Shown: positions 1 to 14,006, counted from the first letter of the stretch. The stretch is 64,000 bases of DNA from Heterodontus francisci (GCF_036365525.1 NC_090404.1:1984001-2048000), one strand, 5' to 3'. The notes: generated from the letters alone by a model not told the origin. Numbers and translations: made by a program.

Positions 1-3000
1 CTGCAGAAACTGTCTCCGGTTGCAGAAGCTTGAGATTCGGGTTTCAGAGCTCGAGCGGCAGCTGGAGTACTGAGGCGCATCCGCGAGGTGGAGGACTACG
101 TGGATGGCACGTTTCAGGAGGTAGTTAAGCTGGTGCCCAGGCAATCACAGTTGGGGGTTGACTGGGTGGCTGCCGGACGGACTAAGAAGTCAGGGCAGGT
201 AGTGCAGGAGTCCCCAGAAGACATCCCACTTTCTAACTGGTACTCAGTTCTGAGTAACGATGAGAGAGAGGTTTCCTCTGGAGAATGCACCGAGGCTCAT
301 GACTGGAATGTCATGGCTGACTCGGCTGTGCTGGGATGGAGAAAAAGGGACAAGAGGGCAATAGTGGTCGGGGATTCTATGGTTAGAGGAACAGATAGGC
401 GTTTCTGTGGTTGCAGACATGATTCCATGTTGCCTCCCTGGTGCAAGGATCATGGATATCACTGAGCGGGTACAGAGTATTCTGGAGGGTGAGGATGCAC
501 AGCCGGAGGTCGTGGTCCACGTTGGTACCAATGACATAGGTAGAAAGAGGGATGAAGTCCTGCAAAAAGAATTTACAGAGCTAGGCAGCAGATTAAAAAG
601 TAGGAGCTCAAATGTTGTAATCTCTGGGTTTTGTCCAGTGTCACGGCCCAGTGAGCATATGAATAGGAGGTTGGAGCCGATGAATGCATGGTTGGGCAGA
701 TGGTGCAGGAGGGAGGGCTTTAGATTCTTGGATCACTGTGCCTGTCTCTGGCGGAGGTGGGATCTTTATAAGATGCACGGGTTGCACCTGAACCAGAACG
801 GGACCAGCATCCTTGCTGGGAGGTTTGCGAGTGCTGTTGGTGGGGGCTGTTTAAACTAATTTGGCAAGGCGATGGGATACAGAGTGGAAGCACTGTCGGG
901 GGTGTTGTACCATCAAATATAAATGTGAAGTTAAGTCAGTCCGGAGGACAGAGTAAATGTAGACCTGTTAAGGCTCAGGCAAAGAATGCAAGGCTGGATT
1001 GTATCTATTTTAATGCAAGGAGTCTGACTAGTAAGGCAGAGAAATTGAGGGCGTTGATTAACACATGGGAATATGATATTATTGCTATCACTGAGACGTG
1101 GTTGAGGGAAGGGCAGGACTGGCAGCTTAATATCCCAAGGTATAGAATCTTCAGACGTGATAGGGGAGGGGGTAAAAGAGGAGGTGGCATTGCACTATTG
1201 ATTAAGGAGTCAATTCCTGCAGTAAGGAGGGATGATATCCTGGAAGGTTCGTCGAATTAGGCCATATGGGTAGAACTTCAAAACAAAAAGGGGGCAATCA
1301 CTTGGCTGGGAGTGTACTACAGGTCTCCAAACAGTCAGGCAGTAGTAGAGGAGCAGATATGTAGGCAAATCTCAGAGAGGTGAAAAAATAATAGGGTAAT
1401 AATAGTAGGCTATTCAACTACCCCTATATTAGAGGGGGTGGTATTAGTGCAAAAAGCTTAAAGGGGGCAGAATTCTTCCAAGTGCATTCAGGAGAGCCCT
1501 TTTGAGCCAGCATGTCGAGAGTCCTACAAGAGGAGGGGCAGTACTGGACCTAATCCTAGGGAATGAAGCCAGACAAGTGGTAGAAGTGTCAGAGGGGGAG
1601 CATTTCAGGGATAGTGACCATAACTCTGTAAGATTTAAGGTTGTTATGGAAAAGGACATAGAGGGACCAGAAATAAGAGTACTGAATTGGGGGAAGACAG
1701 ATTTCAATATGCTAAAACAGGATCTGGCCAAAGTGAACTGGGAGCAGCTTCTTATAGGAAAGTCTACATCAGACCAGTGGGAGTCATTTAGAAGGGAAAT
1801 GGTGAGGGTTCAGGTGCAGCATGTTCCTGTAAAGGTGAAGGGTCGGACCAATAGATCAAGGGAACCCTGGATGTCAAGGGATATAGAGGATTGGAGAAGG
1901 TAAAAAAAGGAGGCGCATGGCAGATTCAAAGTGCTGAAAACAGCGGAGTCCCTAGAGGAGTATAGAAAGTGCAGGGGAGTACTTTAAAAAGTAATTAGGA
2001 GAGCAAAGAGGGGGCATGAAAATTCACTGGCAGACAATATAAAGGGAAATCCCAAGGCATTTTATAAGTGTGTTCGGGGCAAGAGGATAACCAGGGAAAA
2101 AGTGGGGCCCATTAGGGATCATAGAGGCAATCTGTGTGTGTAGCCGGAGGACATAGGGAGGTTTTGAACGATTACTTTTCATCTGTGTTCACTATGGAGA
2201 GGGACAATGTAGGTGTAGTGATCAGGGAGGGGGATTATGATATACTTGATCAAATTAGCATTGTAAAGGAGGAAATATTGGCTGTATTCGCAGGCTTAAG
2301 GATGGATAAATCCCCAGGCCCAGACGAAATGTATCCCAGGCTGCTATGTGAGCAAGGGAGGAGATAGCGGGGCCTCTGACACAAATTTTCAGATCCTTTC
2401 TGGCCACAGGAGAGGTACCAGAGGACTGGAGGACAGCAAATGTGGTACCATTATTCAAGAAGGGTAGCAGGGATAAACCAGGTAATTACAGGCTGGTGAG
2501 TCCAACATCAGTGGTAGGGAAATTATTGGAAAAATTCTGAGAGACAGGATTACTCTCCACTTGGAGAGGCAGGAATTAATCAGGGATAGTCAGCATGGCT
2601 TTGTCAGGGGGAGATCATGTCTAACAAACTTGATTGAATTTTTCGAGGAGGTGAGTAGATGTGTAAATGAGGGCAACGCAGTTGATGTAGTCTATATGGA
2701 CTTCATGGGCTTTTGGGCTTTTGATAAGGTCCCACATGGGAAATTGCTGAAGAAAGTAAAAGCCCATGGGATCCAGGATAATTTGGCAAATTGGATTCAA
2801 AATTGTCTCAGTGGAGGGAAACAGAGGGTGATGGTAGAGGAAACAAAAACAAGAAATGCTGGAATCACTCAGCAGGTCTAGCAGCATCTGTGGAAAGAGA
2901 AGGTAGAGGGTTGTTTTGGTGAATGGAGGCCTGTGACTAGTGGTGTACCGCAGGGATCGGTGCTGGGACCCTTACTGTTTGTAGTGTACATTAATGATTT

Positions 3001-3920
3001 AGACGTGAATATAGGAGGTTTGATCAGTAAGTTCGCAGATGACAAGAAAATTGGTGGTGTCGTAAATAGTGAGGAGGAAAGCCTTAGACTGTAGGACGAT
3101 CTAGATGGGCTGGTAAGATGGGCAGAGCAGTGGCAAATGGAGTTTAATCCTGAGAAGTGTGAGGTGATGCACTTTGGGAGGACGAACAAGGCAATGGATG
3201 GCAGGACCCTAGGGAGTACATTGGGTCAGAGGGACCTTGGGGTGTTTGTCCATAGATCACTGAAGGCAGCAGCACAGGTAGATAAGGTGGTTAGGAAGGC
3301 ATACGGGATACTTGCCTTTGTTAGCCGAGGCATAGAATATAAAAGCAGGGAGGTTATGATGGAGCTGTATAAAACGCTGGTTAGGCTACAGCTGGAGTAC
3401 TGTGTACAGTTCTGGTCACCACACTATAGGATGTGATTGCACTGGAGAGGGTGCAGAGGAGATTCACCAGGATGTTGCCTGGGCTGGAGCATTTCAGTTA
3501 TGAAGACAGACTGTATCGGCTAGGGTTGTTTTCCTTGGAGCGGAGAAGACTGAGGGGGGACCTGATTGAGGTATACAAAATGAGGGAAGGATAGATAGGA
3601 AGAACCTTTTTCCCTTCGCGGAGAGGTCAATAACTAGGGGGCATAGATTTAAGGTAAGGTGCAGGAGGTTTGGAGGGGAGTTGAGGAGAAATTTTTTCAC
3701 CCAGAGGGTGGTTGGAACCTGGAACACACTGCCTTGAGGTGGTAGAGGCAGGAACACTCATGATATTCAAGAAGTATTTAGATGAAATGCCATAACATAC
3801 AAGGCTATGGGCCTAGTGCGGGGAAATGGGATTAGTTAGGACGGGTGCTTGATGGTCGGCGCAGGCGCGTTGGACCGAAGGGCCTGTTTCTGTGCTGTAA
3901 AACTCTTAAACTCTATGACT
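1..3920 (+). mobile_element. Degenerate near-full-length CR1-clade LINE (ORF1 SGNH esterase; ORF2 APE endonuclease + reverse transcriptase, broken by stops and frameshifts)
   Basis: ORF1 motifs AIVVGDSMVRG, VHVGTNDI, GLHLN. ORF2 fragments [69 protein letters not shown]1-type 3' UTR ending in gggcctgtttctgtgctgta plus a short tail. Confidence 0.92.
2841..2901. mobile_element. 61-bp repeat fragment inserted in the CR1 RT with an 8-bp target-site duplication
   Basis: ggtagagg at 2833-2840 and 2902-2909 flanks aaacaaaaacaagaaatgctgga...gcagcatctgtgga. A related sequence occurs at about 43670-43790. Confidence 0.65.
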
Positions 3921-4970
3921 AGGATAGTGTCCTAGGCCCAACCACCTTCAGCTGCTTCATCAATGACCTTCCTTCAAACATAAGATCAGAAGTGAGGATG
4001 TTCGCTGATGATTGCACCATGTTCAGCACCATTCATGACTCCTCAGAAACTGAAGAAGCCCATGTCCATATGCAGCAAGAACTGGACAATATCCAGGCTT
4101 GGCTTGATAAGTGGCAAGTTACAGTCGCGTCACACAAGTGCCAGGCAATGACCATCTCCAACAAGAGAATCCAACCATTTCCCCTTGACATTCAATGGCA
4201 TTACCATCACTTGAGTCCCCTACTATCAACATTCTGGCCGTTACCATTGATCAGAAACAGAACTGGAGTAGCCATATAAGTACTGTGGTCAGAAGGGCAG
4301 GTCAAAAACTGCCAATTCTGTGGCAAGTAATTCATCTCATGACTCCCCAAAGCCTGTCCAGCATCTACAAGCCCCAAGTCAGGAGTGTGATGGAATAATC
4401 TCCACTTGCCTGGATGGGTGCAGCTCCAACAACACTCAAGAAGCTCGACACCATCCAGGACAAAGCAACCTGCTTGAATGGCACAACATCCACCACCTTT
4501 GATATTCACTCCCTCTACCATCGACGGACAGTGGTAGCAGTGTGTACCATCTACAAGATGCACTGCAACAACTCACCAAGGCTCCTTCGACAGCACCTCC
4601 CAAAACCGTGAACTCTACCACCTAGAAGGACAAGGGTAGCACATGCATGGGGACACCACCACCTGCAAGTTACCCTCCAAGTCACACACCATCCTGACTT
4701 GGAACTATATTGCTGTTCCTTCACTGTCACTGCGTCAAAATCCTGGAACACTCTTCCTAACAGCACTGTGGGTGTACCCACACCACATGGACTGCAGCGT
4801 TCAAGAAAGCAGCTGATCACCACCTTATCAAGGGCAATTAGGGATGTGCAATAAATGTTGGCCTAGCCAGCAATACCTACATCCCATGAAAGAATTAAAA
4901 AAAAATTAGGGATAGGCAATAAATGCTGGACTTGCCAGCGATGTTCACATCCCCTGAAAGAATAAAAAGA
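3921..4970 (+). mobile_element. 5'-truncated CR1/L2-group LINE (RT C-terminus and 3' UTR)
   Basis: SVLGP, FINDLP, MFADDCTMFS, QVRSVMEY-type segments. The 3' end gggcaattagggatg...aataaatgctggc recurs across the window. Confidence 0.85.
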
Positions 4971-4999
4971 AACTATTTTGTGGGTGGTGGGGGCAATTC

Positions 5000-7550
5000 C
5001 CTTATCTGTGTTGTTGGCGTCTCCTCCAACATCTTTGCACTCGAATATGGATTACCTCGAATATGCAACTGGAAATCTCTCCTCATGTCTGCTCCTGGGT
5101 GTGTATTTCACTAATATCTGGCACTGGTGTGTATTTCTTTAATGACGGTACAGGTTGGATTCCCTCATACATGGGACTGGTAATATCCAACTAATAAATG
5201 ATATTGTGTGCCTTCCTCACTCCTTCCACTGGAGGATATTCCGCCATACATGAAACTCGGTAACCGCACCCACCCCCCACCCATGCCAGTCTCTGGGGTT
5301 TATTCCCCAATGAATGTACTTTGGATGAAATTCGGACAGGGTAATTGGACCCATTCCCAATATTTGTTCCTGAACTGATTTCCCCGATATCAGTTCCTGG
5401 GTTTAATACTCATGTAACTATATAGCTGGGGTATTCCTGCAATTTCTGTGACTAGGATTGTCCCCCAATATCAGGTCCTAGGGGTTACTTCTCCATTGAC
5501 TGTACTGGGGGGAATACCCTCAATCCTATTACTGATGTTCTCCCCCCGTATCTGCTCCTCGGATATATTGAACCAAGGTCTGTACTGGGTGGATTCTCTC
5601 CTACTTGGGGCTCTTAATCCATCACCCCCATCCTCATCCCAATGTCTGATCCTGAGGTATTTTGGCCCAATGAATGTGCTTGGGGAAGATTCATGGGGGG
5701 CACTGGGAAACTTCCAATATCCGGTCCTGGGTGTATTCCACCACTGGCTGTTCTAGTTAACCCTCTTCAATGGGACTGGTATCACCCCCAGTATCTGGCT
5801 CTGGGCTTTATTTTCTGAATGACTCCACTGACGGGAATCCCTCATACATGGGAATCTCCTCAAATAGCAGATTCTGTGGCATATTCCCCCAATATTTGGT
5901 GCTGGGTTGTACTCGCCAAAGGACGCATCTGGGGTCTCCCACATCTGGAGTACTGTGTACAGTATTGGTCTCCTTATTTAAGGAAGGATGTAAATGTGTT
6001 GCAAGCAGTTCAGAGACGGTTTACTGGACTGATACCTGGATTGGGAGGGTTGTCTTTCATGGAAAGGTTGGATAGGCTAGGCTTGCATCTATCTGCTGGA
6101 GTTCACAACAGGAAGAGGCGACTTAATTGAAATATATAAGATCCTGAGGGGTCTTGACAGGGTGGATGTGGAAAGGATGTTTCTCCTTGTGGGAGAATCT
6201 AGAACAAGGGGTCACTGTTTAAAAATAAGGGGTCACCCATTTAAGATAGAGATGAGGAGAATTTTTTTCTCTTTGAGAGTCGTGAGTCTTTTGAACTCTC
6301 TTCCTCAAAAGACGGTGGAAGAAGAGTCTTTGAATATTTTTAAAGCAGAGCTAGATAGATTCTTGATAAACAAGGGGGTGAAAGGTTATCAGAGGTAGGC
6401 GGGAATGTCGAGTCGAGGTTACAAACAGATCAGTCGTGATCTGATTAAATGGTGGAGCAGTCTCCAGGGGCTGAGTGTCCTATTCCTGCTCCTAATTCAT
6501 ATGTTCGTTTGGTCACATACATGGGCCTGGTTTCACCTCTAGTATCTGGTCCTGGGGTGCATTTCCTGTGGAACAATCCCTCATGCATGTTACTGGGAAT
6601 CTCCACCGGTATATTATCCTCAGTGGCATTCCTGAACTCTGTATGGGATGATTTCTAAATACATGTTACTGAAAATCTCTCGCAATTTCTGGTCCCATGG
6701 TGTATTCCCCAAAGACTGTACATGATGGGGACATTTCCCTCATACATTAGATTGGGACTTTCCCCAATATATGCCCCTGGTGTCCATACCCTCACTATTT
6801 GTACTCAGGTGTGGATTCTCTCGTACATGCGACTAGGAATCTTTTATGGTTCACAGACGCATTCCCTTACTCTTTGTACTTGGTCGATGGGACTGTGATT
6901 TCACCCCACATCTGTTCATGGGGTCTTCTCCCCCCAGTTAATGTGCTTGGGGGGCAATTGTTTCATGCCTGGGACTGGAAATCACTCCAATATCTGTTCC
7001 TAGGAAACATTCCCCCAATATCAGATCCTGGGCTGAAACACTCCTGTGAATATACAGCTGTGTATTCCCTCAAATTTTGTTACTAAGATTCTCTCCCAAT
7101 GTCAGGTCCTGGGTCTATTTCCCTGTTGACTCCAGCAAAATCCTCAAACCTGTTACCTGTACTTCAGGAGATTCACTTATACATAGGTCTGGGAATCTCC
7201 TCCAATATCTGCTCCTGGTATGCATTCCCCAATAACTACTTGGGGGAATTCACTCACACATGGGACTGTAAATCTCCTCCAATATCTGCTCCTGGGGTAT
7301 ATTCCCCAATAACTACTTGGGGGAATTCACTCACACATGGGACTGTAAATCTCCTCCAATATCTGCTCCTGTGGTGCATTCCCCAATAACTACTTGGGGG
7401 AATTCATTCATACATGGGACTGTGAATCTCCTCCAATATCTGCTCCTGAGGTTTATTCCCCAATAACTGCACTTGGGGGAATTCACTCACACATGGGACT
7501 GTAAATCTCCTTCAATATCTGATCCTTGGGTATATTTGCCCAATGACTGT
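5000..7550. repeat. Degenerate ~77-bp minisatellite, interrupted by a CR1 3' fragment
   Basis: The unit tccaatatctgctcctgg..ttccccaataactacttgggggaattcactcacacatgggactgtaaatctcc repeats at a 77-bp period from 7201 to about 7520 and decays leftwards. Confidence 0.75.
5940..6510 (+). mobile_element. CR1 LINE 3' fragment
   Basis: PHLEYCVQYWSPYLRKD...VQRRFT and GESRTRGHCLKIRG, followed by a CR1 3' UTR. Confidence 0.85.
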
Positions 7551-7619
7551 ACTCAGTCTCCCTTAGTTTCATCCCCCTCCCCATTTACACCACAGCATAT
7601 TTCATTTCACATTTTGGTT

Positions 7620-7625
7620 TTTATT
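7620..7625 (-). terminator. Putative polyadenylation signal of the membrane-form IgW mRNA
   Basis: AATAAA about 340 nt downstream of the TM2 stop, followed by GT-rich sequence on the minus strand. Confidence 0.5.
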
Positions 7626-7964
7626 GATTTAGTTTCAAACAAAAACTTTTACATCAGTGAAAAACTTGTTAAAAGAAAGCTGCAGGCAGTAATCCCCTCC
7701 CATTCCCTTCCCCTGTTCCCATGCTCCTCCCCTCCCCCATTTCCCTCCCCACTCCTCACTCCCTACCCTCTCCCCTCCACCCCTTTCTCTCTTAATCTCC
7801 GCCAGTCCATCTGAAGTTTCATCTGCCAGAATATGCTGTTGCAGTGCAGTCGCTGAACATTTCCCAGTGCGCAATGGAAAGGTCCCATTCCCAAATATCA
7901 CGGGGACACTTCTGGACAATTCACATCTTGACAGGTCTGAATGTGAGGAGCGTGCATCAGCTGG

Positions 7965-7976
7965 TCATTGCTGAAC
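7965..7976 (-). CDS. IgW: IgW TM2 exon, coding part (V-Q-Q-stop)
   Basis: Pyrimidine tract ...CTCTGCTGTCTGTATTACAG|GTT CAG CAA TGA. Phase 0 matches the TM1 donor and gives a cytoplasmic tail KVQQ. Confidence 0.6.
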   Translation of the reverse strand, partial: VQQ

Positions 7977-8039
7977 CTGTAATACAGACAGCAGAGTAAG
8001 ATGCTTGTGTGTGCCACAGTAGAACAGGTAGTGTAACCG

Positions 8040-11000
8040 TAAAGGACAAGCGACGTGACCCTATTCTTGGAGAGGGACCCGAAAGAACAGGCAGTCTGAC
8101 CCAATTCTAGGAGAGGGACCCTAAAGGTAAGGCAATCTGACCCTATTCTTGGAGATGGACCCTAAAGGACAGGCAGTCTGACCCTATACGGCCGATGGAC
8201 CCTAAAGGACAGGCAGTCTGACCCTATTCTGGGAGATGGACGCTAAAGGATAGGCAGTCTGACCCTATTCTGGGAGATGGACCCGAAAGGACAGGCAGTT
8301 TAACCCTATTCTTGGAGAGGGACCCCAAAGGACAGGCAGTCTGACCCTATTCTTGGAGAGGGACCCTAAAGGTAAGGCAGTCTGACCCGATTCTTGGGGA
8401 TGGACCCGAAAGGACAGGCAGTCTGACCCCATTCTTTGAGAGGGACCCCAAAGGACAGGCAGTCTGACCCTATTCTTGGAGAGGGACCCTAAAGGTAAGG
8501 CAGTCTGACCCTATTCTTGGAGAGGGACCCGAAAGGTAAGGCAGTCTGACCCTATTCTTGGGGATGGACCCTAAAGGACAGGCAGTCTGACCCTATATGG
8601 CCGATGGACCCTAAAGGACAGGCTGTCTGACCCTATTCTGGGAGATGGACCCTAAAGGACAGGCAGTCTGACCCTATTCTGGGATAGGGACCATAAAGGA
8701 CAGGCAGTCTGACCCTATATGGCCGATGGACCCTAAAGGACAGGCTGTCTGACCCTATTCTGGGAGATGGACCCTAAAGGACAGGCAGTCTGACCCTATT
8801 CTGGGATAGGGACCCTAAAGGACAGGCATTGTGACCCTATTCTTGGAGAGGGACCCTAAAGGACAGGCAGTCTGGCCCGATTCTTGGAGAGGGATCCTGA
8901 AGGACAGGGAGTCTGACCCTATTCTGGGAGAGGGATCCTAAAGGACAGGCATTCTGACCCTATTCTTGGAGATGGACACTAATGGACAGGCAGTCTGACC
9001 CTATTCTTGGAGAGGGACCCTAAAGAACAGGCAGTCTGACCCTATTCTTGGAGATGGACACTAGTGGACAGGCAGTCTGACCCTATTCTTGGAGAGGGAC
9101 CCTAAAGGACAGGCAGTCTGACCCTATTCTTGGAGATGGACACTAATAGACAGGCAGTCTGACCCTATTCTTGGAGAGGGACCCTAAAGGACAGGCAGTC
9201 TGACCCTATTCTTGGAGAGGGACCCTGAAGGACAGGCAGTCTGACCATTTTGTTGGAGATGGACCCTAAAGGACAGGCAGTCTGACCCTATTCTTGGAGA
9301 TGGACCCTAAAGGACAGGCAGTCTGACCCTATTCTGGGAGATGGACCCTAAAGGACAGGCAGTCTGACCCTATTCTGGGAGATGGACCCGAAAGGACAGG
9401 CAGTCTGACCCTATTCTGGGAGAGGGACCCTAAAGGACAGGCAGTCTGACCCTATTCTTGGAGATGGACCCTAAAGGACAGGCAGTCTGACCCTATTCTG
9501 GGAGAGGGACCCTAAAGGACAGGCAGTCTGACCCTATTCTGGGAGATGGACCCTAAAGGACAGGCAGTCTGAGCCTATTCTGGGAGATGGACCCTGAAGG
9601 ACAGGCAGTCTGACCCTATTCTTGGAGAGGGATCCTAAAGGACAGGCAGACTGACCCTATTCTGGGAGAGGGACCCTAAAGGACAGGCAGTCTGACCCTA
9701 TTCTGGGAGATGGACCCTAAAGGACAGGCAGTCTGAGCCTATTCTGGGAGATGGACCCTGAAGGACAGGCAGTCTGACCCTATTCTTGGAGAGGGATCCT
9801 AAAGGACAGGCATTCTGACCCTATTCTGGGAGATGGACCCTAAAGGTCAGGCAGTCTGACCCTATTCTGGGAGATGGACCTGAAAGGACAGGCAGTCTGA
9901 CCCTATTCTGGGAGATGGACCCGAAAGGACAGGCAGTCTGACCCTATTCTTGGAGAGGGATCCTAAAGGACAGGCATTCTGACCCTATTCTGGGAGATGG
10001 ACCCTAAAGGTCAGGCAGTCTGACCCTATTCTGGGAGATGGACCTGAAAGGTCAGGCAGTCTGACCCTATTCTGGGAGATGGACCTGAAAGGACAGGCAG
10101 TCTGACCCTATTCTGGGAGATGGACCCGAAAGGACAGGCAGTCTGACCCTATTCTTGGAGAGGGATCCTAAAGGACAGGCATTCTGACCCTATTCTGGGA
10201 GATGGACCCTAAAGGTCAGGCAGTCTGACCCTATTCTGGGAGATGGACCTGAAAGGACAGGCAGTCTGACCCTATTCTGGGAGATGGACCCGAAAGGACA
10301 GGCAGTCTGACCCTATTCTGGGAGATGGACCCGAAAGGACAGGCAGTCAGACCCTATTCTTGGAGAGGGACCCGAAAGGACAGGCAGTCTGACCCTATTC
10401 TGGGAGATGGACCCGAAAGGACAGGCAGTCTGACCCTAGTCTTGGAGAGGGACCCTAAAGGACAGGCAGTCTGACCCTATTCTTGGAGAGGGACCCGAAA
10501 GGACAGGCAGTCTGACCCTATTCTGGGAGATGGACCCGAAAGGACAGGCAGTCTGACCCTATTCTGGGAGATGGACCTGAAAGGACAGGCAGTCTGACCC
10601 TATTCTGGGAGATGGACCCGAAAGGACAGGCAGTCAGACCCTATTCTTGGAGAGGGACCCGAAAGGACAGGCAGTCTGACCCTATTCTGGGAGATGGACC
10701 CGAAAGGACAGGCAGTCTGACCCTAGTCTTGGAGAGGGACCCTAAAGGACAGGCAGTCTGACCCTATTCTTGGAGAGGGACCCGAAAGGTCAGGCAGTCT
10801 GACCCTATTCTGGGAGATGGACCTGAAAGGACAGGCAGTCTGACCCTATTCTGGGAGATGGACCCGAAAGGACAGGCAGTCTGACCCTATTCTGGGAGAT
10901 GGACCCGAAAGGACAGGCAGTCAGACCCTATTCTTGGAGAGGGACCCGAAAGGACAGGCAGTCTGACCCTATTCTGGGAGATGGACCCGAAAGGACAGGC

Positions 11001-11940
11001 AGTCTGACCCTAGTCTTGGAGAGGGACCCTAAAGAACAGGCTGTCTGACCCTATTCTGGGAGATGGACCCGAAAGGACAGGCAGTCTGACCCTAGTCTTG
11101 GAGATGGACCCTAAAGGACAGGCAGTCTGACCCTAGTCTTGGAGATGGACCCTAAAGGACAGGCAGTCTGACCCTATTCTGGGAAATGGACCCTAAAGGA
11201 CAGGCAGTCTGACCCTATATGGCCGATGGACCCTAAAGGAAAGGCAGTCTGACCCTTTATGGCCGATGGACCCTAAAGGAAAGGCAGTCTGATCCTATTC
11301 TGGGAGATGGACCCTAAAGGACAGGCAGTCTGACCCTATATGGCTGATGGACCCTAAAGGACAGGCAGTCTGACCCTATTCTGGGAAATGGACCCTAAAG
11401 GACAGGCAGTCTGACCCTATATGGCCGATGGACCCTAAAGGAAAGGCAGTCTGATCCTATTCTGGGAGATGGACCCTAAAGGATAGGCAGTCTGACCCTA
11501 TTCTGGGAGATGGACCCTAAAGGACAGGCAGTCTGACCCTTTATGGCCGATGGACCCTAAAGGAAAGGCAGTCTGACCCTTTATGGCTGATGGACCCTAA
11601 AGGAAAGGCAGTCTGATCCTATTCTGGGAGATGGACCCTAAAGGAAAGGCAGTCTGACCCTATTCTGGGAGATGGACCCTGGAGGAAAGGCAGTCTGACA
11701 CTATTCTGGAGATGGATCCTAAAGGAACGGCAGTCTGACTCTGTTCCGGGAGATGGACCCTAAAAGACATGCCATGTGACCTTATTCAGTGAGATGGGCA
11801 CTGAAGGATAAATGTTCTGTTCTTATTCTTGAAGTTGGGTCTGAAAGGACAAGTATTCTGTCCTTATGCTGGGTGTATAAAGGACAGGTGATCTGACCTT
11901 ATTCTGGGAGATGGACCCTAAAGAGTGGCGGTCTGACCTT
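8040..11940. repeat. 41-bp tandem satellite (~95 copies) filling the TM1-TM2 intron
   Basis: Unit ggaccctaaaggacaggcagtctgaccctattctgggagat. Period 41 (e.g. 9301 and 9342). Degenerate at both edges. Confidence 0.97.
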
Positions 11941-12156
11941 CTGTGGTGCATCCAGGCCCTCGGGACAGGTGAAGAGAAAAGCTTCAAAGTCCCAATGGTT
12001 GTGAAGGGCTCCTCACTGCACTGTTCGTCTGTTCCTAATGTGATAGTTGGAATCTCAGAGTCAGATAATAAGATGTGGTGATAAATTGAAGGTAATCACT
12101 GGCTCTTTTTAGGATGTCTGTGTTGTTGTTCATTTGATAGTTAAAAGTCTGGTTAC

Positions 12157-12290
12157 CTTGACAACAGTAACAAAGGTACTGTAGAGGAAACTTAGAATAA
12201 ACAGAATGGCAAAGGCAGCGACTGTTAGCACGTTGTCGTCTCCATCCCAATCTCCCGCTTCTTCCTTCCCTTCCAGGTCTGAAAGGTTAT
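12157..12290 (-). CDS. IgW: IgW transmembrane exon TM1
   Basis: Acceptor TTTCAG|AT (phase 1). Acidic connecting peptide, then VLTVAAFAILFILSFLYSTFVTVVK with the CART-type F..LF.LS..YS...T motif. Donor AAG|GTAACC. Confidence 0.9.
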
Positions 12291-12429
12291 CTGAAAGAAA
12301 TGAGAAATTGGGGTTGTTAAAGTTCATTGTGGACATTTCCTGAAGGTCAACAACATCTCAATAGTTTGAAGATGATACAGCGAGGGAGGAGGTTATGATG
12401 GAGCAGCACTGGGGGCAGTGAATCATTAG

Positions 12430-12625
12430 ACAGTCTTTATCTCTATCTTGTCTGTCTTTGTCACTTTCTCAGTCTGTCTCTCTCTCTGGTTCTGTCTCCC
12501 TCTTTGTCTCTGTCTTTCTGTCTCTCTCACTTCCTTCCCTCTATCTCACATATTCTGTCCCCCTCTCTCTATTTTACTGTCGCTCTCATAATTTCTCCCT
12601 CTCTTTGTCTCACTCACTGATACTC
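12430..12625. repeat. CT-rich low-complexity/microsatellite tract
   Basis: Runs of tctc/tgtc. Confidence 0.7.
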
Positions 12626-13364
12626 TCAAACTCATGCACAAACATCTGATGGACATTAAATCACTTCCAAAACCTCGGTCCTTCCGTCTCCCCTTGATTC
12701 TTCATTTCCCTGTTGTGTTATCCAACCTATCAACTCAAACACGAGTTGCTGACTCCTTGGCTTCATTAACAGTCAGTGACCGACAAACAAACCCATTGAT
12801 TATGAAGCACTCTCAGATTATCCCTGTAGCCAGGATGAGATGCATTGCAACTTGAAAAATGTTGTTCTTTCTGATTCTCTGCTTCTATATAAAGTTGTCA
12901 TCAACATAAAATTTTCTGAGGCTGCATTAAATGAACTTTTAAATTCAAAGGAGTCAATGGCCTCATCTGCTCAATGACATAAACTCTTCTGAGCGGTGAT
13001 GTGAGTGAGTGAGGGACCAAATGGGATGTGAAAGCCTGCGATTGATGGATCACTGTAATGTAATAACGGGAAGTAATCCAGTGATGGTCAGTGTGCAAAC
13101 ATGAGGGGATCTACCAGCCTCATTGCTACAGAACCCTCTGTCATTGCGATACTATTAACTACAGTTTTCCACAGGATAGCTTATTGGTCAAGTGTTATAA
13201 GTGAGATTTAGTTTGGTATTGACAGACAGACGTTTCACTAAACCATTGGTTTGAAAAGTGACCAGTGTCTAAACACACGACTTCTTTCATTCAACCTCAT
13301 CCATCCACACCTGGTTGAGCAGCACCGAGGTGCCTGAGCACCTCAAACAGGGACATCCCTCACC

Positions 13365-13700
13365 TGACACAGGTGGCTTTGTGGGAAGCATGTTTGCCTC
13401 TGAGTCTGAAGGTTATGGGTTCCACTCCAAAGACTTCAGCCCATAATATAGGTCGACACTCCAGTGGAGGACTGAGGAAGTGCTGAACTGTCAGGTGTTG
13501 TCTTTCAGATGAGACGTTAAATAATGGCCCCTCAGGTGGATGTAAATAATCCCACAGCGTTATTAAAAGAAAAGCAGTGGAATTCTCCAGTGTTCTGAGA
13601 CAACATTTAATCCCTCCACAAACATCTAAAAACAGATGATGTGGTCATTCTCACAGCTCTTATTGTGGGATCTTGCTTTGCACAAACTGAAATTGCTCAA
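13365..13700 (+). mobile_element. tRNA-derived Deu-domain SINE (SacSINE1/AmnSINE-like), degenerate
   Basis: gtgctgaactgtcaggtgttgtctttcagatgagacgttaaa...ctcaggtggatgtaaa core, shared with copies at 16.5, 27.1 and 29.4 kb. Confidence 0.65.
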
Positions 13701-14000
13701 CAATGAATGACCAAAGTCCATCGAGTTTGCCTTCTGCCATCCTGATATTCGTGTGATACAATGATGATGGAGTTGTGAACTAATCATATCAATCAATCTC
13801 TTATTGATTCATCTACAACAGACCCAGACATGCAGTGATAAATCCCAGTGGTGGAGAACTTTGGAAACTGTAGGTCCAAAGTCCCCTGTTCCTCCCAAAC
13901 ATGCTACACCCCCCACACCTCATGTCCCAAGTTTCTCATTTACTGTCTCCCAAAACACAGCAATAATGAACACCCAAAACTAAAACCTTTTCACATCTCG

Positions 14001-14006
14001 TTTATT
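14001..14006 (-). terminator. Putative polyadenylation signal of the secreted-form IgW mRNA
   Basis: AATAAA about 290 nt after the secretory stop, followed by GT-rich ggttttagttttgggtgtt. A second AATAAA lies at 14148-14153. Confidence 0.55.
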
